IMG/VR virus record: IMGVR_UViG_3300032305_000763
Location: 1-56,580 of that record
DNA length: 56,580 nucleotides
Direction: 5' to 3' (one strand)
Source: a virus
Lineage: Duplodnaviria; Caudoviricetes
Part shown: positions 15,687 through 26,552 of the stretch, one piece after another
Layout: each line of letters begins with the position of its first letter
Position numbering within the stretch: position 1 is the stretch's first letter
Made by a program: the position numbers and the translations under genes
Notes under the pieces: generated by a model
What the model was told of the DNA's origin: nothing
Databases searched by the model: none
Seen by the model: only the letters and a program-made list of their open reading frames with translations

Positions 15687-16090
15687 TGGCAACATATAGA
15701 GGACAAGGCACAGATTCTTTTTCAATTGGATCAGCCCCACCAAATGTTCTTTGGACATTAGTTCGTGGAGACACAGCAGCATTTAGAGTTTATGTTACAG
15801 ATGAAAATCGTAACCCATTAACTATTGATGACTGGACTATTTCAATGGACATTGCTAGAAGAACCGTTAATAATAACGTAGTAACTTATCCAGTAATTGT
15901 TTCATTAAGTCCAGAAGCAACTTTGGATGACGATGATGGAGAATTTACAGTTTCTCTTACTTCTGGAGAATCAGAAGATCTTGAAACAGGAGATATTTTT
16001 GATATTCAATTATCTGACAATACCCGCACATGGACAATCTGCAAGGGTACAGTAACAGTAATTGAAGATGTAACTTCTGCTGAGAGTTAA
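15686..16090 (+). CDS. Virion structural protein, RGDT family paralog 3, start revised
   Basis: WTLVRGDT...FDIQL...GTVTVIEDVT; TAATG overlap. Confidence 0.8.
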   Translation: MATYRGQGTDSFSIGSAPPNVLWTLVRGDTAAFRVYVTDENRNPLTIDDWTISMDIARRTVNNNVVTYPVIVSLSPEATLDDDDGEFTVSLTSGESEDLETGDIFDIQLSDNTRTWTICKGTVTVIEDVTSAES

Positions 16091-16092
16091 TC

Positions 16093-16317
16093 ATGCCAGT
16101 TGAAAAAATTACTACCCTTGAAATTACGAAGGTATCAGTAAAGCCAACTGAATATACAAATGTAAACATAACAAGAATAGGCACTACTCTTGCAGAGGTT
16201 CAAGGAGTGTATCCTTTTAGAGTTAGGTTTAAAGATTTAGCATATCCTGGTTTTTCTACCAACACTACACCAGGCATTGGTATAGCAGTCATCGGCAGTA
16301 CATTTTATATTTTATGA
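16093..16317 (+). CDS. Hypothetical protein, 74 aa
   Basis: In operon; ends GIGIAVIGSTFYIL. Confidence 0.7.
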   Translation: MPVEKITTLEITKVSVKPTEYTNVNITRIGTTLAEVQGVYPFRVRFKDLAYPGFSTNTTPGIGIAVIGSTFYIL

Positions 16318-16330
16318 TATAATCACTTAT

Positions 16331-16768
16331 ATGGCTATAGTTCCGATTTCTACGTTAAAAACCAAATTTGAGTCTGGAGATAGACCTACTGGACAAGACT
16401 TTACGGATCTTATTGATACAACTTCATACCGTGCAGAATCTCTGGGTGGAGATGGAAATAACTCAGCAACAATAACAGGCATTGAAACAGCCACAGTATT
16501 TGACACAATTGATACAACCGTGTGGAGAACAATAAAGTATCTTATTCAGGTATCACACCCATCCACAAGCGTATACAAAAGCACAGAAATAAACATAGTT
16601 TTTGATGGAACAAATCAAAATATAACAGAGTTTGGCACGGTATCCAATACAACAAATGCTATTGGAAATATCACTGCTAACTTAAATTCTGGTATAATCA
16701 GTATGACGGTAACACCAGCACTATCGCCGATGACCATTCGATATTATCGAACTGGTTTGAAAGCATAA
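16331..16768 (+). CDS. Virion protein sharing its domain with the C-terminus of 16787-18799
   Basis: LK..FESGDRPT..DF.DLID; KYLIQ...EI....G.N..ITEF. Confidence 0.8.
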   Translation: MAIVPISTLKTKFESGDRPTGQDFTDLIDTTSYRAESLGGDGNNSATITGIETATVFDTIDTTVWRTIKYLIQVSHPSTSVYKSTEINIVFDGTNQNITEFGTVSNTTNAIGNITANLNSGIISMTVTPALSPMTIRYYRTGLKA

Positions 16769-16786
16769 CCCCAAAGGAGAAATATA

Positions 16787-18799
16787 ATGGCAACAGTAGA
16801 TAAAGCCTTTAGAATTAAAAATGGCTTAGTTGTTGATGGGGCTACGGCTACCGTTAACACACACGATGTAATTACAAAAGAAATCTTTGACGCAAAAGGT
16901 GACTTGTTAGTTGGTACAGGATCAAACACTGGTACCAGAGTTGCACTAGGAACAAACGGATATGTTCTTACTGCAGACTCAAACGAAACAAATGGCGTTA
17001 AGTGGGCAGCAGCCCCAGCAGTAGGATCATTTGAAACTTCAATTGTATTCGAAGGTGCAACAGCAGATTCATTTGAAACAACACTTCAAGTAACAGACCC
17101 AACAGCAGATCGTACAATTACATTCCCAGACATAACAGGAACTGTAATTACAAATGCTGATTCTGGCACAGTAACTAGCACAATGATTGCAAATGACACA
17201 ATTGTAGATGCAGATATTAACTCAGCAGCAGCAATTGCTAAAACTAAGATTTCAGGAACTGCCATTACTGCAGCAGATTCAGGAACAGTTACATCCGCCA
17301 TGATTGCAGATGGAACAATTGTTGACGGTGATATTAGTGCATCAGCAGCAATAGCACAGTCTAAGATTTCAGGTCTTACTACTGATCTTTCAAATAAGGC
17401 TTCGTCATCAGATCTTACAACTCATACAGGTGCAACAGAAGCACACGGTGCAACTGGTGCTGTAGTTGGAACAACAAACACTCAAACCCTTACAAATAAG
17501 ACACTTACAAGCCCAGTAGTTACTGGTCTTACTCTTAATGACTCAAGCATTGTTTTTGAAGGTTCATCAGCAGATGCCAGCGAAACAACTCTTACAGTAA
17601 CAAACCCTACAGGAGATCGCACTATTACTTTGCCAGATGCTACAGGTACTGTTGCTCTTACAAATAACAAGTTAGATGTTTTTGCAGCAACCACTTCATC
17701 AGAATTAGCAGGAGTTATTTCTGACGAGACTGGTACTGGAGCACTTGTTTTTGCTAATACCCCAACACTTGTAACACCAAACATTGGTGCAGCAACTGGA
17801 ACATCTTTGGTTCTTTCAGGGGACCTAACAGTTAACGGTACAACAACTACAATTAACTCAACAGAAATTACAGTTGATGATAAGAACCTTACACTTGGTT
17901 CAGTAGCAACACCAACCGATGCAGGCGCAGACGGTGGTGGTATTACTCTTAAGGGTGCTACAGATAAGACCATTAACTGGGTAGATGCAACAGATGCATG
18001 GACATTCTCTGAGCACATCAACCTTGCTTCTGGAAAGTCATACTATGCAAATGGTACAGCACTTAAAGATGTTTCAGAAACTCTTACAAACAAGACTCTT
18101 ACATCGCCAGTAGTTTCAGGACTTACACTTTCTGATGCAAGTATTGTTATTGAAGGTTCCACAGCAAATGACTTTGAGACTACACTTACAGTAACTGATC
18201 CAACTGGAGACCGTACAATTACATTCCCAGATGCAACTGGTACTGTAGCCCTTACTTCAGATATTACAGTAAGTGCATCATCAACAAATACATTTACAAA
18301 CAAGTCAATTGCATTAGGAACAAACACAGTATCAGGAACACTTGCAGAATTTAACACTGCAGTTACAGACGCTGATTTTGTTTCACTTGCAGGAACAGAA
18401 ACACTTACAAACAAAACCTTAACATCTCCAACACTTACAACACCAAATATTGGAGCAGCAACTGCAACATCTATTACACTTGCAGACGCTCTTATTGGTT
18501 CTGCCACAACTAGCCTAAGCACAACTAGTGCAACAGTAGTTGACTCATGGTCAGCATCAACTTATTCATCTGCAAAATATATTGTACAAATGAAAAACGG
18601 TGGCGATATTGAAGTTCTAGAAGTTCTAGTAACTGTTAATGGAGCAAACAACGTTTATATCACAGAGTATGCTGATGTAATTAGTAATGCTCAAATTGGC
18701 ACAACAGATGCAGATTACTCAGGTGGCAATGTTCGTCTATTAGTAACAGCAACAGATGGTACAACAGTAAAGGTTCACAAAACGCTTATTGAAGCGTAA
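16787..18799 (+). CDS. Long fibre protein with internal repeats
   Basis: 3x SIVFEG.TA...ETTL.VTDPT.DRTITFPD.TGTV; LSGDLTVNGTTTTINST; TLTNKTLT. Confidence 0.85.
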   Translation: MATVDKAFRIKNGLVVDGATATVNTHDVITKEIFDAKGDLLVGTGSNTGTRVALGTNGYVLTADSNETNGVKWAAAPAVGSFETSIVFEGATADSFETTLQVTDPTADRTITFPDITGTVITNADSGTVTSTMIANDTIVDADINSAAAIAKTKISGTAITAADSGTVTSAMIADGTIVDGDISASAAIAQSKISGLTTDLSNKASSSDLTTHTGATEAHGATGAVVGTTNTQTLTNKTLTSPVVTGLTLNDSSIVFEGSSADASETTLTVTNPTGDRTITLPDATGTVALTNNKLDVFAATTSSELAGVISDETGTGALVFANTPTLVTPNIGAATGTSLVLSGDLTVNGTTTTINSTEITVDDKNLTLGSVATPTDAGADGGGITLKGATDKTINWVDATDAWTFSEHINLASGKSYYANGTALKDVSETLTNKTLTSPVVSGLTLSDASIVIEGSTANDFETTLTVTDPTGDRTITFPDATGTVALTSDITVSASSTNTFTNKSIALGTNTVSGTLAEFNTAVTDADFVSLAGTETLTNKTLTSPTLTTPNIGAATATSITLADALIGSATTSLSTTSATVVDSWSASTYSSAKYIVQMKNGGDIEVLEVLVTVNGANNVYITEYADVISNAQIGTTDADYSGGNVRLLVTATDGTTVKVHKTLIEA

Positions 18800-18826
18800 T
18801 GTGGACTGAAGGGACAGTGAACTTCA

Positions 18827-19249
18827 GTGGCAGCCGAAAGCACAAGAACCAATAAAGACTTTGTTGTAAAACAAGGACTTAAGGTCGCTACTGGAGTCAC
18901 ATTTCCCGACAACTCTGTACAAACAACAGCATTTACTGGAAGTGCAATTACCGTTGGTAGTTCTTTTCCAGGAAGCCCATCAAATGGAGCAATGCATTTA
19001 GATACAAATACAAACCGTATTTATTATTACTATGCTAGTACTTGGTCAGCAATGGCTAATTATGATGATACCTCCTCAGTTACAGATCACAGTCACTATA
19101 CAGGTATTGATGAAAGTGGATTTGTTAAAGATGTTTACCAGTATCAAGGTAATGGCGTTTCTGGTCCATGGCTAGGAACAGTCCTAGATGGTGGAACACC
19201 AGCAACAACTTCCTTTGCTATGGTCATTGATGGCGGTAGCGCAGCATGA
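18827..19249 (+). CDS. Fibre-associated protein
   Basis: KDFVVKQGL, TFPDNSVQTTA, P.SPSNG...LDT, IDGG. Confidence 0.75.
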   Translation: MAAESTRTNKDFVVKQGLKVATGVTFPDNSVQTTAFTGSAITVGSSFPGSPSNGAMHLDTNTNRIYYYYASTWSAMANYDDTSSVTDHSHYTGIDESGFVKDVYQYQGNGVSGPWLGTVLDGGTPATTSFAMVIDGGSAA

Positions 19250-19289
19250 GATACCCTGGTATAATGATTAATATTGTGGAGGTTTACTA

Positions 19290-20672
19290 ATGGCAACTAG
19301 AATTCAAGTCCGTAGAGGTACTACGAGTCAATGGAATACAGCAGATCCAGTCCTTAACGAAGGTGAAATTGGATACAATAGTAACCTTGGTCAAATAAAA
19401 GTTGGTGACGGAACAACTATTTGGTCTGAGTTAGACTACCTTGTTAGCACAGGGTCATTAGATACTAGCCTTGGATCATATATTCCAGATACTGAAAAAA
19501 GTGCAGTTAGTGGTGTAGCAGAACTTGACGCATCTAAAAATATTCTTGCTCCAGCAGGCATTATTTTTGAAGGTACAGCAGATGCCCACGAAACAACTTT
19601 AACGATAACAGACCCAACTGCTGATCGCACAATTACTCTTCCAAATACTAGCGGTACAGTTATTACAACTGGAAACCTTTCAGACATTACAAACATTGGT
19701 GTATTTAGTTCAACAATTACAATGGAAGGTTCAACAGCAAATGATTTTGAACTTACCCTTTCAGCAGGAGATCCAACCGCTGATCGTACTATAACATTCC
19801 CTGACGAAACAGGAACAGTTCAACTTAGAGTAACTGATGTTTCAGATACCGAAATTGGATATCTTAATGGAGTAACCTCTGCTATTCAAACACAGTTAGA
19901 TGCCAGAGTAGAAGAATCTTTATTTGACGCAAAGGGAGACATTTTAGTTGCGTCTGCAGATAACACTCCAGCAAAATTAAGTGTTGGAACAAACGGATAT
20001 ATTCTTACAGCAAACACCTCAGCAGCAACTGGTATAGAGTGGGCTGCAGCACCTGTTGGCTACTCTCCTCCAACATTGGGATCTACTCAGATAGGTTCTG
20101 GTGCTACGGTAACAACAATTTCAGGTCTTACACTTTCAAGCCCAATAGTTTCTGGACTTGCAGTTTCAGATGCGTCTATAGTATTTGAAGGCGCAACAGC
20201 AAACGATTTTGAAACAACTTTAACTGTTACAGACCCTACTGAAGATAGAATCATTACTTTTCCAAATGCTACAGGCACAGTTGCTTTAGCAGAAAATGTG
20301 GCAGCGCTTTCAGGTGCTACCTTTACAGGTGCTATCTCTGGAACAAGCCTAACGCTTTCAGGGGACTTAACAATAAATGGAACAACCACAACAATTAATT
20401 CAACTACCCTTACAGTAGATGATAAGAACATTGTTTTGGCAGATGGAAATACATCAGATGCTTCAGCAGATGGTGGCGGTATTACATTATCAGGTGCTAC
20501 AAGCAAAACCTTTAATTGGGTAGACGCTACTGATGCTTGGACATCTTCAGAACATATGAACTTGCTTACAGGCAAATCTTATAAGATTAACGGCACTTCA
20601 ATTTCAACAGCCTTACCAGCCCTTACATGGGCAGATGTTAAAAATGGTAAGTCTGGTTTAACAATTAGTTAA
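19290..20672 (+). CDS. Fibre protein with major-tropism-determinant-type N-terminal domain
   Basis: MATRIQVRRGT..QW....PVL.EGEIG......KVGDG...W..L; same 3x repeat module as 16787-18799. Confidence 0.85.
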   Translation: MATRIQVRRGTTSQWNTADPVLNEGEIGYNSNLGQIKVGDGTTIWSELDYLVSTGSLDTSLGSYIPDTEKSAVSGVAELDASKNILAPAGIIFEGTADAHETTLTITDPTADRTITLPNTSGTVITTGNLSDITNIGVFSSTITMEGSTANDFELTLSAGDPTADRTITFPDETGTVQLRVTDVSDTEIGYLNGVTSAIQTQLDARVEESLFDAKGDILVASADNTPAKLSVGTNGYILTANTSAATGIEWAAAPVGYSPPTLGSTQIGSGATVTTISGLTLSSPIVSGLAVSDASIVFEGATANDFETTLTVTDPTEDRIITFPNATGTVALAENVAALSGATFTGAISGTSLTLSGDLTINGTTTTINSTTLTVDDKNIVLADGNTSDASADGGGITLSGATSKTFNWVDATDAWTSSEHMNLLTGKSYKINGTSISTALPALTWADVKNGKSGLTIS

Positions 20673-20674
20673 AC

Positions 20675-20793
20675 TACTTTGTAAAACATAAAGTGCTTAA
20701 CCCTCAAGTAAATATTTAGTGTATTTTTTGTGCGTAATTAACTTATAAAAATTTATGATATACTTATAGTACTTTACGATTTGTAAAGTGCTA
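20675..20793 (+). promoter_or_regulatory. RNR promoter (TGATATACT 20756-20764) flanked by two TACTTT-N9-AAAGTGCT inverted repeats
   Basis: Copies at 20675-20697 and 20770-20792. Confidence 0.55.
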
Positions 20794-20825
20794 ATTGCTT
20801 TTATTACTAGAGAGTTGGAATTTTA

Positions 20826-22856
20826 ATGTCAGAGGTCTTTTCATTTCGTTTATCAGATGAGTTTATAACAAAGTATGCGGGGATTCCAGCCCCATTTGGA
20901 TTTTCAGACGCTGGATCAAACTCATTAGGAGAGATTACGTTTATTCGTACATACTCTCGTATGAAAGAAGACGGAACTAAAGAACGCTGGCATGAGGTTT
21001 GTCGTCGTGTAATCGAGGGTATGTATTCAGTACAGAAAAATCATGCTAAAGATAACCGTCTACCATGGAATGACAATAAGGCTCAGAAGTCTGCTCAAGA
21101 AGCATATCAAAGAATGTTTGAATTAAAGTGGACACCACCAGGTCGTGGTCTCTGGGCATTTGGAACTCCTATGACTATGGAAAGACGTAACTCTGCTTCC
21201 CTTCAAAATTGTGCAATGGTCTCTACTCGTGATATTGATCGTAATGATCCAGGTGCTTTGTTTGCCTGGGTAATGGATGCTTTGATGTTAGGTATAGGTG
21301 TAGGGTTTGATACCCTTGGACAAGAAAAGCAAATGCCTATCTACGCACCAACAGAACCAGTATCTACATATGAAATTCCAGATACTCGTGAAGGCTGGGT
21401 TGAATCTTTAAGAATGCTTATAAACTCATTCTTGAGACAAAATCAGCCTATTCAAGAGTTTGACTACAGTCTTATCCGTCCTCTAGGTGCCCCTATTAAA
21501 GGCTTTGGAGGCGTTGCAAGCGGTCCAGCACCACTTATAGACCTCCATACACGGATTCGTAATGTTATTGGTTCTAGAGCGGGAGAAGTTCTAGATAGCC
21601 GTGCTATTGTTGATCTTGTAAATCTTATTGGAACTTGTGTTGTTTCTGGAAATGTTCGTCGCTCTGCTACATTAGCATTGGGTGCTCCTGGAGATGAAGA
21701 CTTTATTAATTTAAAAAATGGTGAGGTTTTCCCAGAAAGAAACTCATACGATTCAGAAAAACCAGGTTGGGCTTGGATGAGTAATAACTCTATTTCAGCA
21801 ACCGTTGGAACTAAGTATGAAGACTATGTTGATTTAATTGCTGATAATGGAGAGCCAGGATTTATTTGGCTAGATGTTGCAAGAGATTACGGTCGTCTTG
21901 CTGATGCGCCAGACTATAAAGATTCTAGAATTATGGGATTCAATCCTTGTGCGGAGCAGCCATTAGAGTCATACGAACTTTGTACACTTGTAGAAGTGCA
22001 CTTAAATCGTCATGAATCTAAAGAGGACTTCCTTAAAACATTAAAGTTTGCATACCTATATGGTAAGACTGTAACTCTTATGCCAACACATTGGCAACAG
22101 ACAAATGGTATTATGCAACGCAATCGTCGTATTGGAACATCTCTTACAGGCATTGCTGCATTTGCTGATGAGCATGGTCTTCCAACTGTCCGTGAATGGA
22201 TGGATGAAGGATATAACAAGATTCGTCATTATGATCACCAGTATTCAGAATGGCTTTGTGTTCGTGAATCAGTTCGTGTAACAACTGTTAAACCTTCAGG
22301 ATCTGTATCACTTCTTTCTGGTGCTACACCTGGAGTTCACTGGGGACCTGGTGGAGAATTCTATCTTCGTGCTATAAGGTTTGGTAATACAGACCCAATG
22401 ATGCATTTGTTTAAAGCAGCAGGGTATAAGATTGAAGATGACGTAGTATCAGCAAATACCCAAGTGGTATATTTCCCAGTAGCATCAGGACATAAGCGTT
22501 CTGAAAAAGAAGTTAGCCTATTTGAAAAAATTGGTTTGGCAGCAACTGCTCAAAAGTACTGGTCAGATAATGGTGTTTCTGTTACCCTTTCATTTGATAA
22601 GGAAGAAGAAACTAAGTTTGTTGCTCCAGCACTTAATATGTATGAGGGTCAACTAAAGGCAGTTTCATTCCTTCCAATGGGAAATAAGACTTATCCACAA
22701 CAACCTTATACTGAAATTACTCGTGAAGAATATAATGCCTATGTGGGCACAATTGGCAAGATTGATTGGTCTGCTATTTATGATGGAGTAGAAAATCTTG
22801 AGGCTGAAGGAGAAGCATATTGCTCTACAGATGCCTGTGAGATTAAATTATATTAA
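20826..22856 (+). CDS. nrdJ: Class II adenosylcobalamin-dependent ribonucleotide reductase (monomeric RTPR type)
   Basis: RTYSR, PPGRGLW, QNC, GNVRRSA, NPCAEQPL..YELCTL, TTVKPSG, C-terminal CSTDAC. Confidence 0.95.
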   Translation: MSEVFSFRLSDEFITKYAGIPAPFGFSDAGSNSLGEITFIRTYSRMKEDGTKERWHEVCRRVIEGMYSVQKNHAKDNRLPWNDNKAQKSAQEAYQRMFELKWTPPGRGLWAFGTPMTMERRNSASLQNCAMVSTRDIDRNDPGALFAWVMDALMLGIGVGFDTLGQEKQMPIYAPTEPVSTYEIPDTREGWVESLRMLINSFLRQNQPIQEFDYSLIRPLGAPIKGFGGVASGPAPLIDLHTRIRNVIGSRAGEVLDSRAIVDLVNLIGTCVVSGNVRRSATLALGAPGDEDFINLKNGEVFPERNSYDSEKPGWAWMSNNSISATVGTKYEDYVDLIADNGEPGFIWLDVARDYGRLADAPDYKDSRIMGFNPCAEQPLESYELCTLVEVHLNRHESKEDFLKTLKFAYLYGKTVTLMPTHWQQTNGIMQRNRRIGTSLTGIAAFADEHGLPTVREWMDEGYNKIRHYDHQYSEWLCVRESVRVTTVKPSGSVSLLSGATPGVHWGPGGEFYLRAIRFGNTDPMMHLFKAAGYKIEDDVVSANTQVVYFPVASGHKRSEKEVSLFEKIGLAATAQKYWSDNGVSVTLSFDKEEETKFVAPALNMYEGQLKAVSFLPMGNKTYPQQPYTEITREEYNAYVGTIGKIDWSAIYDGVENLEAEGEAYCSTDACEIKLY

Positions 22857-22883
22857 TCCTCATCCTGCTATAATAGACTTACT

Positions 22884-25800
22884 ATGTCTAACCCATCAAA
22901 CCTATATGCAGAAAAGATTTATTCAGAACATCCATTAGTTCTTTGGGCGTTAGACGATAAGGCTGACTATATCAGTTTGATATCTGAAACAAACAGAGAT
23001 CTTGAAAATGAGTGGACAGTTACTGGCGGTACTGCTACAGAGGCAACAATAGACAATGAACCATTTCCAGACAGCATTACAACAAATATAACTGGAAGTG
23101 TTCCTGCAGGTGCTACCAATGACATTATTTGCATTAGTCCTGAACTTGTAAACTTTACTAATTTAAATTCAGATCTTGGAACTTTTTCTGTAGGAGGGTA
23201 TTTTTACTCTAACAGTGCATACCTATCATCAGTATCTATTGGGTATGAATATACAGATACAACATCATCTTTAGTTGTACAAAAACTAAAAACATTCCCA
23301 ACTACCATATTCCAAAACTGGTCTTTTGTTTCAGAAACATTTGAGATTCCAGATGAAAATACAATGCTAAGGCTTGTCTTTAAGATAAGCACAACTAGTG
23401 GCGGTGCTACATCTGCAGACTATATTTTTTATGTTAATGGATTAACTCTTGGTCAATGGTCAGAAGAGTTTAATACAACATCTCTTGGAATTGAGCCAGA
23501 GGCTTTCCCATCAACTATTGCACTTACTACAACTAGTGAGGCTGTTCCAACTGCAGCGTATGGTATATCATCTGATGAGGGATACTATCTTGTTAATGAT
23601 AGTTCTCTTGTAGCAAAAAATTCTAGCATTCCTATGGTATTTGGAGCAAGTGGAGTAACAATTCTAACACCAAACACTGGTGGAGATCCATCACTTATTT
23701 TGCCAGGTAAAGGATTTTTAAACGAATTAGGAAGATATAAAGAATATACAGTAGAGTTTTGGGCAAGAATAAACTCTGATTCTTCTACCCCTAAAAGAAT
23801 CTTTGGTCCTATAACTGGAACAGATGGTTTGTATGTTGAAGGTGGTTTTTTAACTTTAGTTATTGGAGATAAATTTAGTTCTCACTTTGTTGGAGAATGG
23901 TTTAGACCAATGCTTATTCATATACGTTTAATTAGAAACTCTGTCAGCCTTTTACTTAATGGAGAAGAAGTTCTATCTTTTGCTATTGATACTGAATCAT
24001 TGGTTTTACCAGATCCTACATACCTTGGAGACTCCCAAGACTGGCTTGGATTTTATTCTTATTTAGATGTAACCCCAATAGAAATAGACTGTGTTGCTAT
24101 TTATCCATACCAAGTTCCAGTAACTGTTGCAAAACGTAGATGGGTATATGGACAGGGAGTTCTTTCTCCTGAAGGAATTAACTCAGCATATGGTGGAACA
24201 TCAGCATTTATTGATTATCCATTTGCAGACTATACATCTAACTACAACTATCCAGATTTTGCTCAATGGCAGCAAGGTAGTTTTGACAATCTTACAACAA
24301 CAAATACAGCCTTAACAACTCCAGAATATCAGTTACCAGAAATCTTTTTAGAATCAAAAACACTATCTCAACTGTATACCGATAATCAAGAAATTCAAGA
24401 AGTTGCTTCTGGCACAATAGTTCCAAATAAGTTTATAACCTTTAGACCAGATAATACCTGGAATTCAGAACAGTGTTACTTTAACTTTCCACAATTTAAT
24501 GTTTTAAATGATCAAATCAGGTCTGTCTATGCAGTTTTTAGTACAACCGATATTGGACCAGAATCTGGCACGGTGCAGCCACAAACACTTCTTAAAATAT
24601 ATAACTCTCTAAATAGTGATTTTTTTATTGTTAGACAAGAAGAAGATTTAATTAAATATGTTTTAAAGTATAACGGAGTAGAAGAGTTACTTTACACAAC
24701 ACCAAGTCTTGAATCAGACCAGTTGTTTTCGGTAGGAATAAACCTTCAAACAATAGCAAGTACATTTGGAGAAAACATTTCATCTTTTTTTGGGAATCAA
24801 AGCGGATTAAAACTATATGTAGCAGGAGATGAAGAGGCAGAAAATACCTTTACTGGTAAAATTTATTCTGTTGGATTATCCACTGCATCTAATACGGTTG
24901 AAATAGAAGATTACTTTGACGAAGAAGGTTTTGTATTATTTGATGATTTATCAGAAAGCGGAGTAACGGAAGAAACCTCTGTAGCATTAATTGACCATAC
25001 TGCAAGTTACACGCTACTTCCAACAGAAGCCTACGGACAATTTTTCCTAGATATTGGTGTATCTGGATACTGGCAAGACTACCTACCTCTTTCATATTTT
25101 GCCCAGTATGTAGCAAATGACATTGGTAATCAATACTATGACCTTGACTTTTTACAATTTAATATTGGATACCCTGGACCATCGTCTAATTCTCAGTCAG
25201 AAGAGGTTGCAGAGTCTTGGACTTATCAACAATTAAAGGATCAATTTGAGTCTCCAGAACAAAAGACATATTATCACTTTGACAACTTATTATTTACTGG
25301 ATGGTCTAATTATGAAGACGTTCAGCAAAAGTCTGTTAAGTTTTATCAGTATGATACCGATAATGCATCAATCAGAAGTTATGTAACCTTTCAGTATATT
25401 CAAGATGGAGCAAATGCTCCACAAACAAGTTTTGATAGACTAGAAGCAGCAAAGTCTACACGCATTGTGGATATGGATGAACATCCACTGTGGGCAACAA
25501 CAAAGTTTGAGGTTGTTGATAATACATTAATCTATCCAACAAAGACTATTGACTTTAATGAACTTGCAATTGTATACCACCTTGAGTTTAATATTAGAAG
25601 TATTCTTACAAAACCAATTGCTCTTCGTAGACTTGAGTTTGCTTCTCAAGCGTTAAATGATAACTCGTTCAACCCAATTGGAACACGATTTGGTCTTGAC
25701 ATGTTCCCATATAAGAGATCTGGTTTATACTATGATTATAAGTCTAAAAACCCATTTAGCATTTATAAGGGAAGCACACCGTATCTTTATCTAAATAGAA

Positions 25801-26534
25801 AAACTGGAATTGAAGTCCGTGGAACATTTGACCCACAGGTTAGTCGTGGAATTGCAGTTCCTATCAATCAGGCATCTGCTGCAGAATATCGTGTTAGCGC
25901 TGCTCAAATATGGATGAGATATGATGATGATTATTTCCCAGGAACTCCTACAGAACTATTTGAGATTGAGTATAAAGGCGACACAATTAAGTTTTATATG
26001 GTTGCAGATAGTTCAAAAGGCTCTAGGGCTAGAATATTTGCACGTAGCCAAAACACAGGATTAGACTTTAATGGTCTTGCATATTTTTGGAATGGATCCC
26101 TAGTTCGTGAACCAGTTATTACTAAAAAGGAATGGGGAGTTCTTGGAATTGCATTCTCCACAGCCCTAAACTTTGATGGCTACCTTGGCGGTATAAATTT
26201 GACTGGTCCAATGATATTTAATAATATTGCATACTACCAGGCAAATAATCTACAGCAGGTTCAAAGTACGCTCACAAGACCTTGGCTTCAGGTTAAAACA
26301 GACGGAGTTACTAATTTTCAGTGGGAGTATTGGCTTAATAACTTTGTATGGCAAGGCGTGTTAGTCATCTCAGCCTCAGATCTATATGGCGTTAGCCCAT
26401 CAGATGTCTACAAGACCTATGTGGGAACTAATAAGATTATCATTGATGATAATGAGGGCATGATATTTGATGCTGAAAAACTTAAAATCTATGCAGATAC
26501 TACTTGGCAGACCACAGTCAAGATTCCAGTGTAA
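22884..26534 (+). CDS. Large virion protein, 1216 aa, with a ConA/LamG-like segment
   Basis: EHPLVLWALDD, YTVEFWARI, LLLNGEEV; beta-rich and acidic; lies next to head genes. Confidence 0.65.
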   Translation: MSNPSNLYAEKIYSEHPLVLWALDDKADYISLISETNRDLENEWTVTGGTATEATIDNEPFPDSITTNITGSVPAGATNDIICISPELVNFTNLNSDLGTFSVGGYFYSNSAYLSSVSIGYEYTDTTSSLVVQKLKTFPTTIFQNWSFVSETFEIPDENTMLRLVFKISTTSGGATSADYIFYVNGLTLGQWSEEFNTTSLGIEPEAFPSTIALTTTSEAVPTAAYGISSDEGYYLVNDSSLVAKNSSIPMVFGASGVTILTPNTGGDPSLILPGKGFLNELGRYKEYTVEFWARINSDSSTPKRIFGPITGTDGLYVEGGFLTLVIGDKFSSHFVGEWFRPMLIHIRLIRNSVSLLLNGEEVLSFAIDTESLVLPDPTYLGDSQDWLGFYSYLDVTPIEIDCVAIYPYQVPVTVAKRRWVYGQGVLSPEGINSAYGGTSAFIDYPFADYTSNYNYPDFAQWQQGSFDNLTTTNTALTTPEYQLPEIFLESKTLSQLYTDNQEIQEVASGTIVPNKFITFRPDNTWNSEQCYFNFPQFNVLNDQIRSVYAVFSTTDIGPESGTVQPQTLLKIYNSLNSDFFIVRQEEDLIKYVLKYNGVEELLYTTPSLESDQLFSVGINLQTIASTFGENISSFFGNQSGLKLYVAGDEEAENTFTGKIYSVGLSTASNTVEIEDYFDEEGFVLFDDLSESGVTEETSVALIDHTASYTLLPTEAYGQFFLDIGVSGYWQDYLPLSYFAQYVANDIGNQYYDLDFLQFNIGYPGPSSNSQSEEVAESWTYQQLKDQFESPEQKTYYHFDNLLFTGWSNYEDVQQKSVKFYQYDTDNASIRSYVTFQYIQDGANAPQTSFDRLEAAKSTRIVDMDEHPLWATTKFEVVDNTLIYPTKTIDFNELAIVYHLEFNIRSILTKPIALRRLEFASQALNDNSFNPIGTRFGLDMFPYKRSGLYYDYKSKNPFSIYKGSTPYLYLNRKTGIEVRGTFDPQVSRGIAVPINQASAAEYRVSAAQIWMRYDDDYFPGTPTELFEIEYKGDTIKFYMVADSSKGSRARIFARSQNTGLDFNGLAYFWNGSLVREPVITKKEWGVLGIAFSTALNFDGYLGGINLTGPMIFNNIAYYQANNLQQVQSTLTRPWLQVKTDGVTNFQWEYWLNNFVWQGVLVISASDLYGVSPSDVYKTYVGTNKIIIDDNEGMIFDAEKLKIYADTTWQTTVKIPV

Positions 26535-26552
26535 TATGGTATACTTGTGGTT

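Noticed and set aside
19290-20672. Diversity-generating retroelement suggested by the Mtd-like N-terminus
   Set aside because: No reverse transcriptase, no TR/VR pair differing at adenines and no C-type lectin tip seen.
20673-20825. Cobalamin riboswitch or NrdR box upstream of nrdJ
   Set aside because: Leader is only about 55 nt, with no B12-box or NrdR consensus visible.
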